A program made the translations under genes and the position numbers. Under the pieces are notes generated by a model. The model was not told where the DNA came from. It did not search any database and was given only the letters and a program-made list of their open reading frames with translations. A stretch of DNA of 62,746 nucleotides, the filler included. It is 6 parts of 6 records of this genome, joined end to end, with 100 filler letters (N's around TTAATTAATTAA, not from the genome) between each part and the next. Parts side by side here need not be neighbours in the genome. Positions count along the whole stretch, not along the records: positions 36,123 to 46,378 come from SRR31147125_20841; positions 46,479 to 56,131 come from SRR31147125_20844; 4 more parts are not named here. One strand, given 5' to 3'. Below, piece after piece: positions 41,831 through 51,951 of the stretch (its first letter is position 1; the number at the start of each line of letters is the position of its first letter).

Positions 41831-41920
41831 CTATACAAATATAAAAGCACCCTTGTATAAAAAATGCGACATACAAGGGTTGCTTATTTCTATCTAAACC
41901 AATATTCAATTAAATCTTTC

Positions 41921-43270
41921 TTAGTCAAAGTGTTTATTCTTTTTATCTTGATACATCAGTTTATCAGCTTTTTCAATTGCTTCTGTTAAATCCGAATTTA
42001 TATGCAATACACTATGTCCTATAGAAAACTCAATTTCAAAGCCAATATTTTTTATAAATTTTTCAAGCTTATCAATTGCCCTTTTTATGATATCATCAGC
42101 AACATTACTGCTAATATCATCAACTAATATCAAAAATTCGTCCCCGCCTAGCCTAATTATTATATCGTCGTCTCTTAGTGATTCTTTAAATGCTCTTGCA
42201 ACATAACATATAGCCTTATCACCTTCGATATGTCCAAAGCTATCATTTATATATTTTAGTCTGTTTATATCAATGACCAATACCAAATATTCTTTGTCGT
42301 AATTTCTTGTATTGTCATTCCAATATTGTAAATATGCGCGGTTATAACAATCTGTTAGAATATCTGTGTGAGCTAGTTCCTTATAGCTATCTCCCCTTTT
42401 ATGAGCAATAGAGAGATGCTGCTTTGATGTTTTAAATAAAATATAATAGAAAACTATAAAGATTATAAAAAACGCAAGAAGTGCATATATGATTACACTT
42501 TTTATGTTATCATAGTATTCTGCAAAAATAATATCTTTTGATGAACGCGAAATTAAATAGTCGGAACTGGTTATTTGCGATATCCCATAATATTCTTTAT
42601 CATCAAAATAAACTTTTAAAGCTTCATCTTCATATATCAATTTTGACCTATCGATAATTTTCTCTTTGCTTTTATTATCTTTCACATACGAGAAAATCTC
42701 ATAAGTTTTAAAGTTTCCAATTTCCTCAGTTAAATCAAAGACTAGATATTCATATCCATAAAAATCCTCTTCATAATTCAGGACATTAAATGCAGAATAA
42801 AGAATTAAATTATCATCTGTTTGTACACAATTATTGTAATCAACTTCGGAACTAAAATTAATTTCTTCTATCAGATAATTTCTTCCATTATCCTCTTCAA
42901 CTCCACACAGCAATGTTTTATCCGGCAAAAATCTTTGTGAAACAACAAGATTATCAATTGCATAAACGCCTTCTCTATATCTATTTTGAACATATAGCGA
43001 AAGCGACTCACGCTCAATACTCCCATCAAGATGATCTAGAGTTTTATGCCTTATTGCAGTCCTGCTTTCCATTGAAGTGATACCGTTTTTACATTTATCT
43101 ATGCTAGCATCAAGAATCATATAATTCATATGTGCATCATTTGCAAAATCTTGAATAATTAGTTTTTCTATTGAACTTGAAAATACCGAAAAAACCGCAT
43201 AGAAAACTACTAGTAAACAAATTACCATGCATACGGTTGTAATCATCATAGCTTTATTAAATTTCGACAT
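41921..43270 (-). CDS. Membrane-bound diguanylate cyclase
   Basis: Two TM helices flanking an extracellular domain; DILTDCYNR, INDSFGHIEGD, RLGGDEF. Confidence 0.92.
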   Translation of the reverse strand: MSKFNKAMMITTVCMVICLLVVFYAVFSVFSSSIEKLIIQDFANDAHMNYMILDASIDKCKNGITSMESRTAIRHKTLDHLDGSIERESLSLYVQNRYREGVYAIDNLVVSQRFLPDKTLLCGVEEDNGRNYLIEEINFSSEVDYNNCVQTDDNLILYSAFNVLNYEEDFYGYEYLVFDLTEEIGNFKTYEIFSYVKDNKSKEKIIDRSKLIYEDEALKVYFDDKEYYGISQITSSDYLISRSSKDIIFAEYYDNIKSVIIYALLAFFIIFIVFYYILFKTSKQHLSIAHKRGDSYKELAHTDILTDCYNRAYLQYWNDNTRNYDKEYLVLVIDINRLKYINDSFGHIEGDKAICYVARAFKESLRDDDIIIRLGGDEFLILVDDISSNVADDIIKRAIDKLEKFIKNIGFEIEFSIGHSVLHINSDLTEAIEKADKLMYQDKKNKHFD

Positions 43271-43475
43271 TCTATTTCCCCAAATAGTACTTCGATACGA
43301 TTTTCATCATATTTTCATATCGATTATCCCATATATATATAATGTGTACAATAATAAAACGTAAACAATTTGGTAATATTAGCGCATTTTACAAGCAAAA
43401 CAATACATGTTACCAGTTTTTCGTATCTAACACTTAAAACTTTCGTTACTATAAGCATAGCAAAGGAGAAACTAT

Positions 43476-44399
43476 ATGAATGTAATTAGTGTAAAAAATC
43501 TTACTAAAACTTATGATAGCACTATTGCTGTAAAAAACATTAATTTTACAGTAGAAAAAGGAAAATTCTATGCCTTTTTAGGCGAAAATGGTGCTGGAAA
43601 ATCTACAACTATCAACATATTATCTACGTTACTTAAAAAATCATCAGGTGAAGTAATAATTAATGATAATATCATTGATAAAGACGATACACAGATAAGA
43701 AAAGACATAGGTATTGTGTTTCAGCAAAGCATGCTAGATGATTTTTTATCCGTTCGCGAAAATTTATTTTGCAAAGGTCTGCTTTATGGTCTTTCGAAAA
43801 AAATAATTGCTAAGAGAATTGATGAACTAACGTATGAGATTAGCTTAAATGAAATACTTGATAGAAAATATGGCAAGCTAAGTGGCGGACAAAAACGGCG
43901 AGCTGATATTGCAAGAGCATTAATTAACAACCCAAAAATATTGATACTAGATGAACCTACTACTGGGCTTGATCCTTATACTAGACATAATGTTTGGGAA
44001 TGCGTTTTTAATCTTCAAAAAGCAAGTGGTATTACAGTTTTTCTTACAACACACTATATGGAGGAGGCAGCTAACGCTGACAAAATAATTATTATTGATA
44101 AAGGTAGCATCATAGAAAACGATACACCAGATAACTTGAAAATAAAATACAGTAAAGATAAGCTTATTGTTTATCCAATAGACATCCAACAAGTATGTTT
44201 TCATTTTAAAAATCTTGGACTTAATTATAAAAGATTTACTGACAAAATTGAGGCAAATATATCAAATACTATATCTGCGTTAGATATTTTAAGCGAAATG
44301 AAAGGCAAGCTATTAGATTTTGAGGTTGTTAAAGGAAATCTTGATCAGATGTTTATGACTTTAGTGCAAAAAAACAAGGCAGGTGAAAAAAATGGGTGA
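43476..44399 (+). CDS. ABC exporter ATP-binding protein
   Basis: GENGAGKST, LSGGQKRR, LDEPTTGLDP, TTHYMEEA. Confidence 0.95.
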   Translation: MNVISVKNLTKTYDSTIAVKNINFTVEKGKFYAFLGENGAGKSTTINILSTLLKKSSGEVIINDNIIDKDDTQIRKDIGIVFQQSMLDDFLSVRENLFCKGLLYGLSKKIIAKRIDELTYEISLNEILDRKYGKLSGGQKRRADIARALINNPKILILDEPTTGLDPYTRHNVWECVFNLQKASGITVFLTTHYMEEAANADKIIIIDKGSIIENDTPDNLKIKYSKDKLIVYPIDIQQVCFHFKNLGLNYKRFTDKIEANISNTISALDILSEMKGKLLDFEVVKGNLDQMFMTLVQKNKAGEKNG

Positions 44400-45270
44400 A
44401 ATATTTTCAATAGTCCAAAGACAGATGAAAAGATATTTTAGAAACAAAGGTATTGTTGTTTTTTCTCTATTAAGTGCATTTATTGTATCTGCTCTTTATA
44501 TGTTCTTTTTAGCAGATATGCAGATAGACTATATAAAAGAAACCGTCGGCAATATAAATGGTATAGAAAACATGATTAATACATGGATAGTTGGTGGATT
44601 AGTTTGTATTCCTGCTGTCAGCGTCCCTCTTACAATGTTGTGCTTTAAAGTAGATGATGTAGTTGATGGATTACACAAAGATATATTCGTCTCTCCAGTC
44701 AAAAGAACAAGCATAATGTTAGGGTATGCAATATCTGCATTTATTGTCGGGTTTGTTATGACAATACTGTGTCTTGTTTTTGGAGAAATATTTATTATCG
44801 CAAAAGGCGGAGAATTTTTATCCATTAACGAATTTGCAATGATAGTAGGCATACTTAGCCTTATAATATTTTCGTTTACAGGTTTTGAATTCTTTATTAC
44901 GTTGTTTATGAAAACTTCATCAGGTATTACAGTTGCAAACAGTTTATTAAATGTATTACTTGGTTTCTTACTTGGGTTATATGTTCCTGTAGGTATGTTA
45001 GGTACATCAGTTTCTACAATAATAAAAAGCTTTCCTTTAATACAAAGCTGTTCAATTATTAGACAAATTATTATGAAAGACAGTATTAATATTGTTATGG
45101 CAGGAGCTCCAAAGACTATTGTAGATGATGTTAGGCAGATTTACGGAGTTGATATTATAATAAACGATACTCTTCTTACTAATTATACAATAATTGCAAT
45201 ACTCCTAGCTTTTGGTATAATATTTTATATAGCTTCTGCTCTGATATTAAGATACAGAAAGGAAAAATAG
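44392..45270 (+). CDS. ABC-2 type permease
   Basis: About six TM helices; overlaps the ATPase stop; GFLLGLYVPVG. Confidence 0.9.
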   Translation: MGEIFSIVQRQMKRYFRNKGIVVFSLLSAFIVSALYMFFLADMQIDYIKETVGNINGIENMINTWIVGGLVCIPAVSVPLTMLCFKVDDVVDGLHKDIFVSPVKRTSIMLGYAISAFIVGFVMTILCLVFGEIFIIAKGGEFLSINEFAMIVGILSLIIFSFTGFEFFITLFMKTSSGITVANSLLNVLLGFLLGLYVPVGMLGTSVSTIIKSFPLIQSCSIIRQIIMKDSINIVMAGAPKTIVDDVRQIYGVDIIINDTLLTNYTIIAILLAFGIIFYIASALILRYRKEK

Positions 45271-45304
45271 CGATGATTTTAGGTTTGTTACTATGGTGTC
45301 TTGT

Positions 45305-45849
45305 ATGAAAGTTAAACTTGTATGCAAAAAAGACAACGAAAAAACAATCAAAGATATCTTATTTTGCAATAACATATCTATTTCTGACAATTCTAAAATT
45401 GTCGTTGTAGAACATGGATATGATGTCGATATAGATTATAATGTTAAAATAGTTTTTAATCAAAATCATATTTTGGATTTTGAGCAAATGATTTTTAATT
45501 TGAGTAATAATATGAACAAATCTGATATGATACTAGGTTCATATAACGGAGCTTATAAACCAATCAATGTTTTTGATATATGCTATTTTAGCGCAATAAA
45601 CAACGATACTTTTGTTCATATTAGCGATGGAAAGAAATACATAATTAAAAAAAAGCTATATCAGCTTCAAGAAGATCTGGGTAAACACTTTTTAGAATAA
45701 ACAAATCAGAGCTTATCAACATGAAAAAAATCAGCCTTATTACACCTATGTTTAAAGGAAAGCTATTACTATACTTGGATGGGTACAATAAACCTTTTGA
45801 TGTTTCGAGAGGATATACTAAGGCTTTTAAAGAAAGGTTGGGATTTTAA
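45305..45849 (+). CDS. LytTR DNA-binding domain regulator (frameshift in the T-run near 45690)
   Basis: DICYFSA...KKKLYQLQE; next frame FRINKSELIN...DVSRGYTKAFKERLGF to the stop at 45849. Confidence 0.85.
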
Positions 45850-46256
45850 TGACAATAAATAAAGATGGTCTAGTAAGGTTATTATTTACTGTGGGAATAT
45901 CATTTTTCATATATTTCTTAACAAACACATTTTATCTTGTAAAGCCCATATTGTTTTCAGACATTATAAAAAGCATCCTCTTAGGCGCAAGTATTTGGTT
46001 TGTATCAGAAGTTTCATTTGAGCTTGCCGATAGAATATGGTCACACAATATTATCCCAAGCTATATAGTGCTTATTTTTATTATAGGTATAGGAACTATG
46101 TCTGGTCTTTTACTGTTTGGTATAAAATCTGTGCTGGTAATATTAATAATCTGTACACTTGCTGAAATATGCGGGTTAACAATAGCTATTATATCAAGAC
46201 GTAAGTACTCTAAAATGCTAAACTCAAAACTTAAGGAATTTAAAGAAGAAAATTAG
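45849..46256 (+). CDS. Small membrane protein (DUF3021-like LytTR partner)
   Basis: Four TM helices, C-terminal LNSKLKEFK, coupled to the LytTR stop. Confidence 0.7.
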   Translation: MTINKDGLVRLLFTVGISFFIYFLTNTFYLVKPILFSDIIKSILLGASIWFVSEVSFELADRIWSHNIIPSYIVLIFIIGIGTMSGLLLFGIKSVLVILIICTLAEICGLTIAIISRRKYSKMLNSKLKEFKEEN

Positions 46257-46313
46257 TATGTCTATTATAAAACTAATGTATATAAAACATGACCTCTTTT
46301 ATAGAAGTCATGT

Positions 46314-46378
46314 TAGAGTGTTGAAAAACCCTTTGCCTTAACAGACCATCGAGGAAGGGTACAAGACAAGGAAAACAA
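46314..46378. mobile_element. Probable IS1182-family end at the contig edge
   Basis: TAGAGTGTTGAAAAACC begins exactly at the 3' arm of the AACATGAC...GTCATGTT hairpin; the contig breaks shortly after. Confidence 0.45.
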
Positions 46379-46478
46379 NNNNNNNNNNNNNNNNNNNNNN
46401 NNNNNNNNNNNNNNNNNNNNNNTTAATTAATTAANNNNNNNNNNNNNNNNNNNNNNNNNNNNNNNNNNNNNNNNNNNN
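46379..46478. other. Artificial contig linker
   Basis: N-run + TTAATTAATTAA + N-run. Confidence 0.99.
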
Positions 46479-46811
46479 CAGCATCTTCGAGGGTGTTAAC
46501 GACTGCATCATGGATGAAATCAAAAAGCAAAGCCAGATTTATTTCAAGTAAACCGCATCACACGAAATCAAAGCATAGCGCATGGATTCGAGCCCGCAAC
46601 TGGAGCCTGTTTCGCGCTATGCTTTGCTTTTTAGCGGCAATAAGGCGATGGGAGCCGAACTGGTACATTGCATTCGGCGTCCCTGCCGCTGCGGGTTCAT
46701 TCCCGTCGCCTTGTTCATATTTCTGCCGGCAATAAGAGGGCAATTCGGGAGGAGGAGATACCAGGCTATTTTAATCCTGCGCGCAAGCTGAATAAAAAAG
46801 GGAGGATATTC

Positions 46812-48269
46812 ATGGTACCAATTATTATCACAATCGTGTACTTTTTGTTCCTCAGCATTTTTTTTGGCCTTAAAGCAAAGAAAAAAATATCCAGCGGAAA
46901 ACAATTTTTCACAGCGGCCGGGCAGCTTGGATGGTTTGCCGTCATGTGCACCTTCACACTCAGCCCGCTTGGCGGCGGCCATACAACCTCGCTGTGGCAG
47001 ATGCAGGCGGGGATGGGTCTTTCAGTTGCCTGGTGGGGCATCCTCTCCGGCGGCATTTTCGTTCCTATTTTTATGCTCTGGTTTGGCCCCATGTTCAGAA
47101 AGCTAAAAGTCCAGACTTTTCCGCAGGCTCTCGGCAAGGTATTCGGCCCCAAGATTAAAATCGTCAACACCTCTATCGCCCCCGCCGGATGGCTCGGCAT
47201 CACCATGTCGGAAACACTCGGCATAGCCACCGTTATTTACACCCTCAGCGGCGGACAGCTGCAGTTTGCACCGCACTGTGTCTTTATAGCCGCGGCGCTC
47301 ATCGTTTTATATATCTGGTTTGGCGGCATGCTCCAGATCGGATATATGAATATTGTCAATGCCATGGTTCTTATCGTCGGCAGCTATATCGCCGTCGGCT
47401 ACGTGGGTTCCTGGCTTCCCGGCGGGTATGACAGCGTTGCCCAAACGTATGCCGCGACAGGCGAAGCCTGGCGTACAACCCTTTTTAATTTTTCACCTGG
47501 TACCATATTTGGTATTATTATCCCCTGCGTGGTCCTGTGCGTTTTCTCAGTTTCCAGTGAGCACATGATGTACCAGCCCATGCTGGGCGCTAAAAGCAGC
47601 AGAGAAATCCGAAAAGGCGCGATGCTTAGCGGCATGATCAACAGCATGGCCGCGCTGCCCTTTGTCGTTCTCGGTATAACCGGAACCTCTATGGCCGCCA
47701 TCGCAGCCAAGGAGCCGCTCCTGTCCGTGCCGGAGCTGGCGCTGACGGCCCTGCCGCCGGTTTTGATCGGCGTTTTGATGGTGTCGCTGCTTTGTGCGCT
47801 TTTATCCACGGCCAGCGGCATGGTTCTGTCCATCTCCCATGTGGTGACGGAGGATATCATTGAGCCGCTGAATAAGAAAAAGTTCAGCGGTAAAAAGCAG
47901 ATATGGGTCGGCCGCTCCATGGCGCTTGTTGTCACGCTGGCAGCAGCCCTGCCTGCTCTGAAGGTGTCGCTCATTATGCCGCTTTTCTTCTGGTGCTTTT
48001 CTTTAAGCCTGCCGATTTTCATCAATTATCTCATCGGCATGGTCTGGAAGGTTAACCGCAAGGCGGCATGGATCAACCTGATCGCATCTCTGGCAGTCAA
48101 CTGCTGGTGGACCTTTGCCCTCCCGTCCTGGTGTCCGCCGAATTTCAACTTCAGCTTTTACCCCGTATTCGTCACAACGGTCGTTCTCGGCGTCGTGCTC
48201 AATCTCGTCCTGCCGGGCGATAAGAGCATGCTCCGTCAGATTAGGGAACAGGAACAGGCGGTGGCCTGA
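46812..48269 (+). CDS. Sodium:solute symporter (SSS) family protein
   Basis: About 13 TM helices; FFTAAGQLGW, LGGGHT, LYIWFGGM, ALLSTASG. Start at 46812 after GGAGG. Confidence 0.9.
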   Translation: MVPIIITIVYFLFLSIFFGLKAKKKISSGKQFFTAAGQLGWFAVMCTFTLSPLGGGHTTSLWQMQAGMGLSVAWWGILSGGIFVPIFMLWFGPMFRKLKVQTFPQALGKVFGPKIKIVNTSIAPAGWLGITMSETLGIATVIYTLSGGQLQFAPHCVFIAAALIVLYIWFGGMLQIGYMNIVNAMVLIVGSYIAVGYVGSWLPGGYDSVAQTYAATGEAWRTTLFNFSPGTIFGIIIPCVVLCVFSVSSEHMMYQPMLGAKSSREIRKGAMLSGMINSMAALPFVVLGITGTSMAAIAAKEPLLSVPELALTALPPVLIGVLMVSLLCALLSTASGMVLSISHVVTEDIIEPLNKKKFSGKKQIWVGRSMALVVTLAAALPALKVSLIMPLFFWCFSLSLPIFINYLIGMVWKVNRKAAWINLIASLAVNCWWTFALPSWCPPNFNFSFYPVFVTTVVLGVVLNLVLPGDKSMLRQIREQEQAVA

Positions 48270-48306
48270 TGACGGCGATTACGCTTAATATTAAGGAGGT
48301 AGCTTT

Positions 48307-48420
48307 ATGAGTTGGGTTGTTCAGGCAATACTGTGCATGCTTGGTATTACGCTGGTGTTCGAGCTCATTATTATGGGCATTTATAAAATCACCAGCCGTG
48401 GTAAAAAAGATGAGGATTGA
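48307..48420 (+). CDS. 37-aa single-TM microprotein (MSWVVQAILCMLGITLVFELIIMGIYKITSRGKKDED)
   Basis: AAGGAGGT RBS; hydrophobic helix plus charged tail; not in the ORF track. Confidence 0.7.
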   Translation: MSWVVQAILCMLGITLVFELIIMGIYKITSRGKKDED

Positions 48421-48431
48421 GGAGGAGCATT

Positions 48432-48551
48432 ATGGCAACAGTTGATATTTTTGTGGCGGCCTATCTGATCGGCGTAATTGTCGTCTTGGGAATCTTCTCC
48501 ACGCTGGCTTACATTAAGCAGGTAAAAAGAGGCGAGATTGAAGACGAGTAG
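48432..48551 (+). CDS. 39-aa single-TM microprotein (MATVDIFVAAYLIGVIVVLGIFSTLAYIKQVKRGEIEDE)
   Basis: GAGGAGGAG RBS; hydrophobic helix plus charged tail; not in the ORF track. Confidence 0.7.
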   Translation: MATVDIFVAAYLIGVIVVLGIFSTLAYIKQVKRGEIEDE

Positions 48552-48582
48552 GCCACATTGAATTAGATTTGATCTTTAAAGT

Positions 48583-48621
48583 AAGAGCGTTCCGTCTTGT
48601 TACAAACGGAACGCTCTTTTT
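48583..48621. terminator. Intrinsic terminator
   Basis: AAGAGCGTTCCGT...ACGGAACGCTCTT followed by a T-tract. Confidence 0.85.
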
Positions 48622-48642
48622 ATATAGTGCGCCTAGGGGATG

Positions 48643-49311
48643 CTATACATCGTGAAGCTTTATGGGCTTTGCCGGCACCCCAACCGCCGTACAGTGGGGA
48701 GGGATATCCCGCACAACGACGGCGCCCGCTCCGAGGACCGCCCCGTCGCCAACCTGTGTATGCGGAATCAAACGCACGCCCGTTCCCATCTGGACGTCCG
48801 ACCCGATGGTGACATGGCCGGACACATTGCTGCCGGGGTTTATTGTGACAAAGCTGCCGATACGCGTATCGTGGCAGACGGTACAATTCAGATTAATCAA
48901 AACAAAATCACCCATAGTGATATCACAGGTGACGATACTCCCGGCACAGACGATACAGCCTTCACCCAGCTCGGCCCGGTGCGAGACCATGGCATGCCTT
49001 GACACAAGCCGCGGAAAAATCAGAGCCGGATTGCCGGCTTTAAGCCGGTCCACAATTTTATGGCGAAGCGCCGCTTCGCCGATGCCGCATGCCACGTGCA
49101 TGGGTTCCTTGTGGTTAAGCAGCCACTCGTCGCCGCCCAAAACGGGATATCCGTCCACCAGACGGCCGCTACCTCCGCGGTCAATAAAGCCGAGGATGTT
49201 CCACGCCGGTTCCCCGGCGTCCATTAAGTTGTTCTCCTCCAGCAGCCAGAGGATTTCCTTGGCGCAGCCGCCTGCGCCGACAATCACGATATCTTCCGGC
49301 ATATATATCAC
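48643..49311 (-). CDS. NeuD/PglD-family sugar acetyltransferase
   Basis: IVIVGAGGCAKE, hexapeptide repeats, CTVCHD, AVGVPAK. Confidence 0.92.
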   Translation of the reverse strand: MIYMPEDIVIVGAGGCAKEILWLLEENNLMDAGEPAWNILGFIDRGGSGRLVDGYPVLGGDEWLLNHKEPMHVACGIGEAALRHKIVDRLKAGNPALIFPRLVSRHAMVSHRAELGEGCIVCAGSIVTCDITMGDFVLINLNCTVCHDTRIGSFVTINPGSNVSGHVTIGSDVQMGTGVRLIPHTQVGDGAVLGAGAVVVRDIPPHCTAVGVPAKPIKLHDV

Positions 49312-49347
49312 GCCCTTTAAATGTCATCCCGGCACATATATTAAATC

Positions 49348-50775
49348 TTATGTTTCGGCGTCTTTAAATCCGCAGCTTTCAGCCCATTTCCTAAAGGCCA
49401 GGTCCGACACGGTATCGACACCGGGGTGAAATTCTGAATTCTCTCCGACATATTGAAGCGATACCGGCGCTTTTTCAATGGGTTCGTTTTTTGTATTCAG
49501 ATACAGCCGGTCACGACAGACCGTATAATTGACAGGCGGCTGTATTACGCCGTTTATAAAAAGGTTTTGATAGGCGCTGGATTTAGAGCTCAGAATCCGC
49601 ACGCCGCCATATTCCGGGAGTCCGTCCTTGCTCGTGAATACTTTTCTGCCGGCGGAGCGGGCATTATAAAGGTACATTTTTACCCGTTGAAGGCCGCCGC
49701 ACGAATTCCGTATGACGAGCGATTCCAGCGTGAGAATCTGGCCTTCCGGTGGTAGGTCCTCCGTATTCAGCGTTAGAAGGCCTCTTTTAACCGTATAATT
49801 CGGCAGGGGCTGCAGTACGCCGTTGATATAGAGATTGAAATAGGATACGTCAGAGGGCGCGGGGATGCCGCTGTCGCTGTATTTTTTAAGCGCGTCGTCA
49901 TTTGTATAGCTTCTTCGGCAGCCGTCGGATAGGGCGCTGTACTGGCGGGTGTCAACGATCACAATGTCATCTTTCTTATTTGTAAAGGTCACAAACGTTA
50001 AAATAACGGTCTGGCCTTTAGGCGGCACCGTTTCTGTTTTCAGTGCCAGCAGCCCCCCTGAAACCTGATAGTTGATGTGCGGCTGCAGCTCGCCGTTGAT
50101 GAATAAGTTATAGTAGGAGACGTCGTCCGGAGATAAAATTCCCCGGACGCCATATTTTTTCAGCTCATCGGCATTTGTATAAAGCCGCTTTGTCCCGTCG
50201 GAAACGGCGTTGTACTGATAGGTTTCCGCATAGCGCAGGTCATTCCTATGCTCCAGACAGGTTTTGCTTTTAAAACAGACGCTGTCATAAACTCTGTCAA
50301 TGCTGATGCAGGCCGTCCCGATAACGCTGTGCGATTCATCCAGCTCCGGGACGACGAGCGCGGCTCGCCCCTCGGCGCTTGCGATGGTGTTAATATGTAT
50401 GGCGATTTTGATTTGATCGATTTCACGCTCAGGCCCTGTTCGGACCGGCATGGCGCAGCATCTGAATTTTTTCACCTCAAAGCTCAGCGATGTTCTTGGT
50501 GGCGCGAAAATAAGGAAGCTCGACAGAATGTTGAACGGGATGGGGACGGATAAAATGCCGGTATCCGAGCAGACGGCGACGAACCCTGAAATCGACACGG
50601 TAACAAAGGACTTCTTCGCTGTCTGAGCCGAGGGCGGATCGGTCTTTACATTGGCGTAATTGCCGGGCGGAGTAATTTCCGTATAGCAAATGGAACCTGG
50701 CTCGTAAGGATCCAGGATATTTCCGTCTTCATCTGTTAAATGACAAAAGATCAGGGGGAAATTTTTAATGGACAT
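49348..50775 (-). CDS. DUF4183 repeat protein (spore coat/exosporium-associated)
   Basis: Three repeats of Y-x-A-x-SDG...YTN...YYNLFINGxLQP; N-terminal CHLTDEDGNILDP resembles Bacillota spore-coat proteins. Confidence 0.75.
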   Translation of the reverse strand: MSIKNFPLIFCHLTDEDGNILDPYEPGSICYTEITPPGNYANVKTDPPSAQTAKKSFVTVSISGFVAVCSDTGILSVPIPFNILSSFLIFAPPRTSLSFEVKKFRCCAMPVRTGPEREIDQIKIAIHINTIASAEGRAALVVPELDESHSVIGTACISIDRVYDSVCFKSKTCLEHRNDLRYAETYQYNAVSDGTKRLYTNADELKKYGVRGILSPDDVSYYNLFINGELQPHINYQVSGGLLALKTETVPPKGQTVILTFVTFTNKKDDIVIVDTRQYSALSDGCRRSYTNDDALKKYSDSGIPAPSDVSYFNLYINGVLQPLPNYTVKRGLLTLNTEDLPPEGQILTLESLVIRNSCGGLQRVKMYLYNARSAGRKVFTSKDGLPEYGGVRILSSKSSAYQNLFINGVIQPPVNYTVCRDRLYLNTKNEPIEKAPVSLQYVGENSEFHPGVDTVSDLAFRKWAESCGFKDAET

Positions 50776-50910
50776 GTGATGACCCCGGTTCCGGCTGTTT
50801 TCGGAACGAATGCGGTTTTATGTACTACAGAGGCATTGCTTGACATGCTTCTAATACGGCCTTGCCGGAATATATATGGATAGACGGCTGCTGTATTGAA
50901 AGGTGGAAGG

Positions 50911-51920
50911 ATGAACTTACGCGGAAAAAAGTTTTAGTAACGGGCGCGGACGGCTTTATCGGGTCTCAGCTGACGGAAGAACTGGTTCGGCAGGGCCTCG
51001 GCGTCCGGGCCTTTGTCTGCTACAATTCGTTTAATTCATGGGGCTGGCTCGACGATTCGCCCGTCGAAATAAAAAATGCACTCGATGTATTTTCGGGCGA
51101 TATACGGGACCCGTACGGCGTTAAAAAAGCAATGGCGGGCTGTGACGCCGTCTTTCATCTGGCGGCGCTCGTGGCGATCCCTTATTCATATTATTCGCCG
51201 GAATCATACGTTGATACTAATATAAAGGGTACGCTTAACGTCCTGCAGGCCGCACGCGAGCTGGGAACGGAAAAAATCATACACACGTCAACCAGTGAGG
51301 TTTACGGGACGGCGCAGTTTGTCCCGATACCGGAAACACACCCGCTTCAGGCGCAGTCGCCTTACGCCGCTTCTAAAACCGGCGCTGACCAGCTGGCGGC
51401 GGCTTTTCACCGGTCCTTCGGGCTGCCGGTGGCAATTATCCGTCCGTTTAACACCTACGGACCGAGACAGTCTGCCCGGGCCGTTATCCCGACGATCATC
51501 ACCCAGCTCGCGCTGGGTGCGCGGACGATTAAGCTGGGGTCATTAACGCCGACGAGAGATTTTAACTACGTCAAGGATACGGTCCGGGGCTTTATCGAGA
51601 TGGCGCAGTGTTCCGCCACGGCCGGCGAGGTTGTAAATATCGGCAGCCGCTTTGAGGTGTCCATCGGTGAAGCGGCCCGTCTGATTGCCGGGGTTATGGG
51701 CGTTGATATAGAGATCGAAACGGATGCACAGCGCGTCCGTCCGGGAAAAAGCGAGGTGGAGCGGCTTTTCGCGGATACCGCCAAGGCTGAAAGGCTTTTT
51801 GCCTGGAAACCGGAATATGGCGGCATTGATGGCTTTAAGCGCGGGCTGAAGGAAACGGTCGACTGGTTTTCTGATCCCGGACATCTTCAGTCATACAAAC
51901 CGGAGCTGTATAACCTATAA
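50911..51920 (+). CDS. legB: NAD-dependent nucleotide-sugar 4,6-dehydratase LegB-like (likely start 50911 with a frameshift in A6 at 50925-50930)
   Basis: RBS + ATG AAC TTA CGC GGA AAA then KVLVTGADGFIGS; YNSFNSWGWLD, LVAIPYSY, TSTSEVYG, SPYAASK, RPFNTYGPRQSARA. Confidence 0.88.
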
Positions 51921-51951
51921 AACGGCCAGCGCCAATAACGGAGGCGACGAT

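Noticed and set aside
46479-46800. Short overlapping ORFs at the start of contig 5 and the upstream extension of the symporter to 46668
   Set aside because: Probably the tail of a truncated upstream gene plus intergenic DNA; the product cannot be identified, and the RBS supports a start at 46812.
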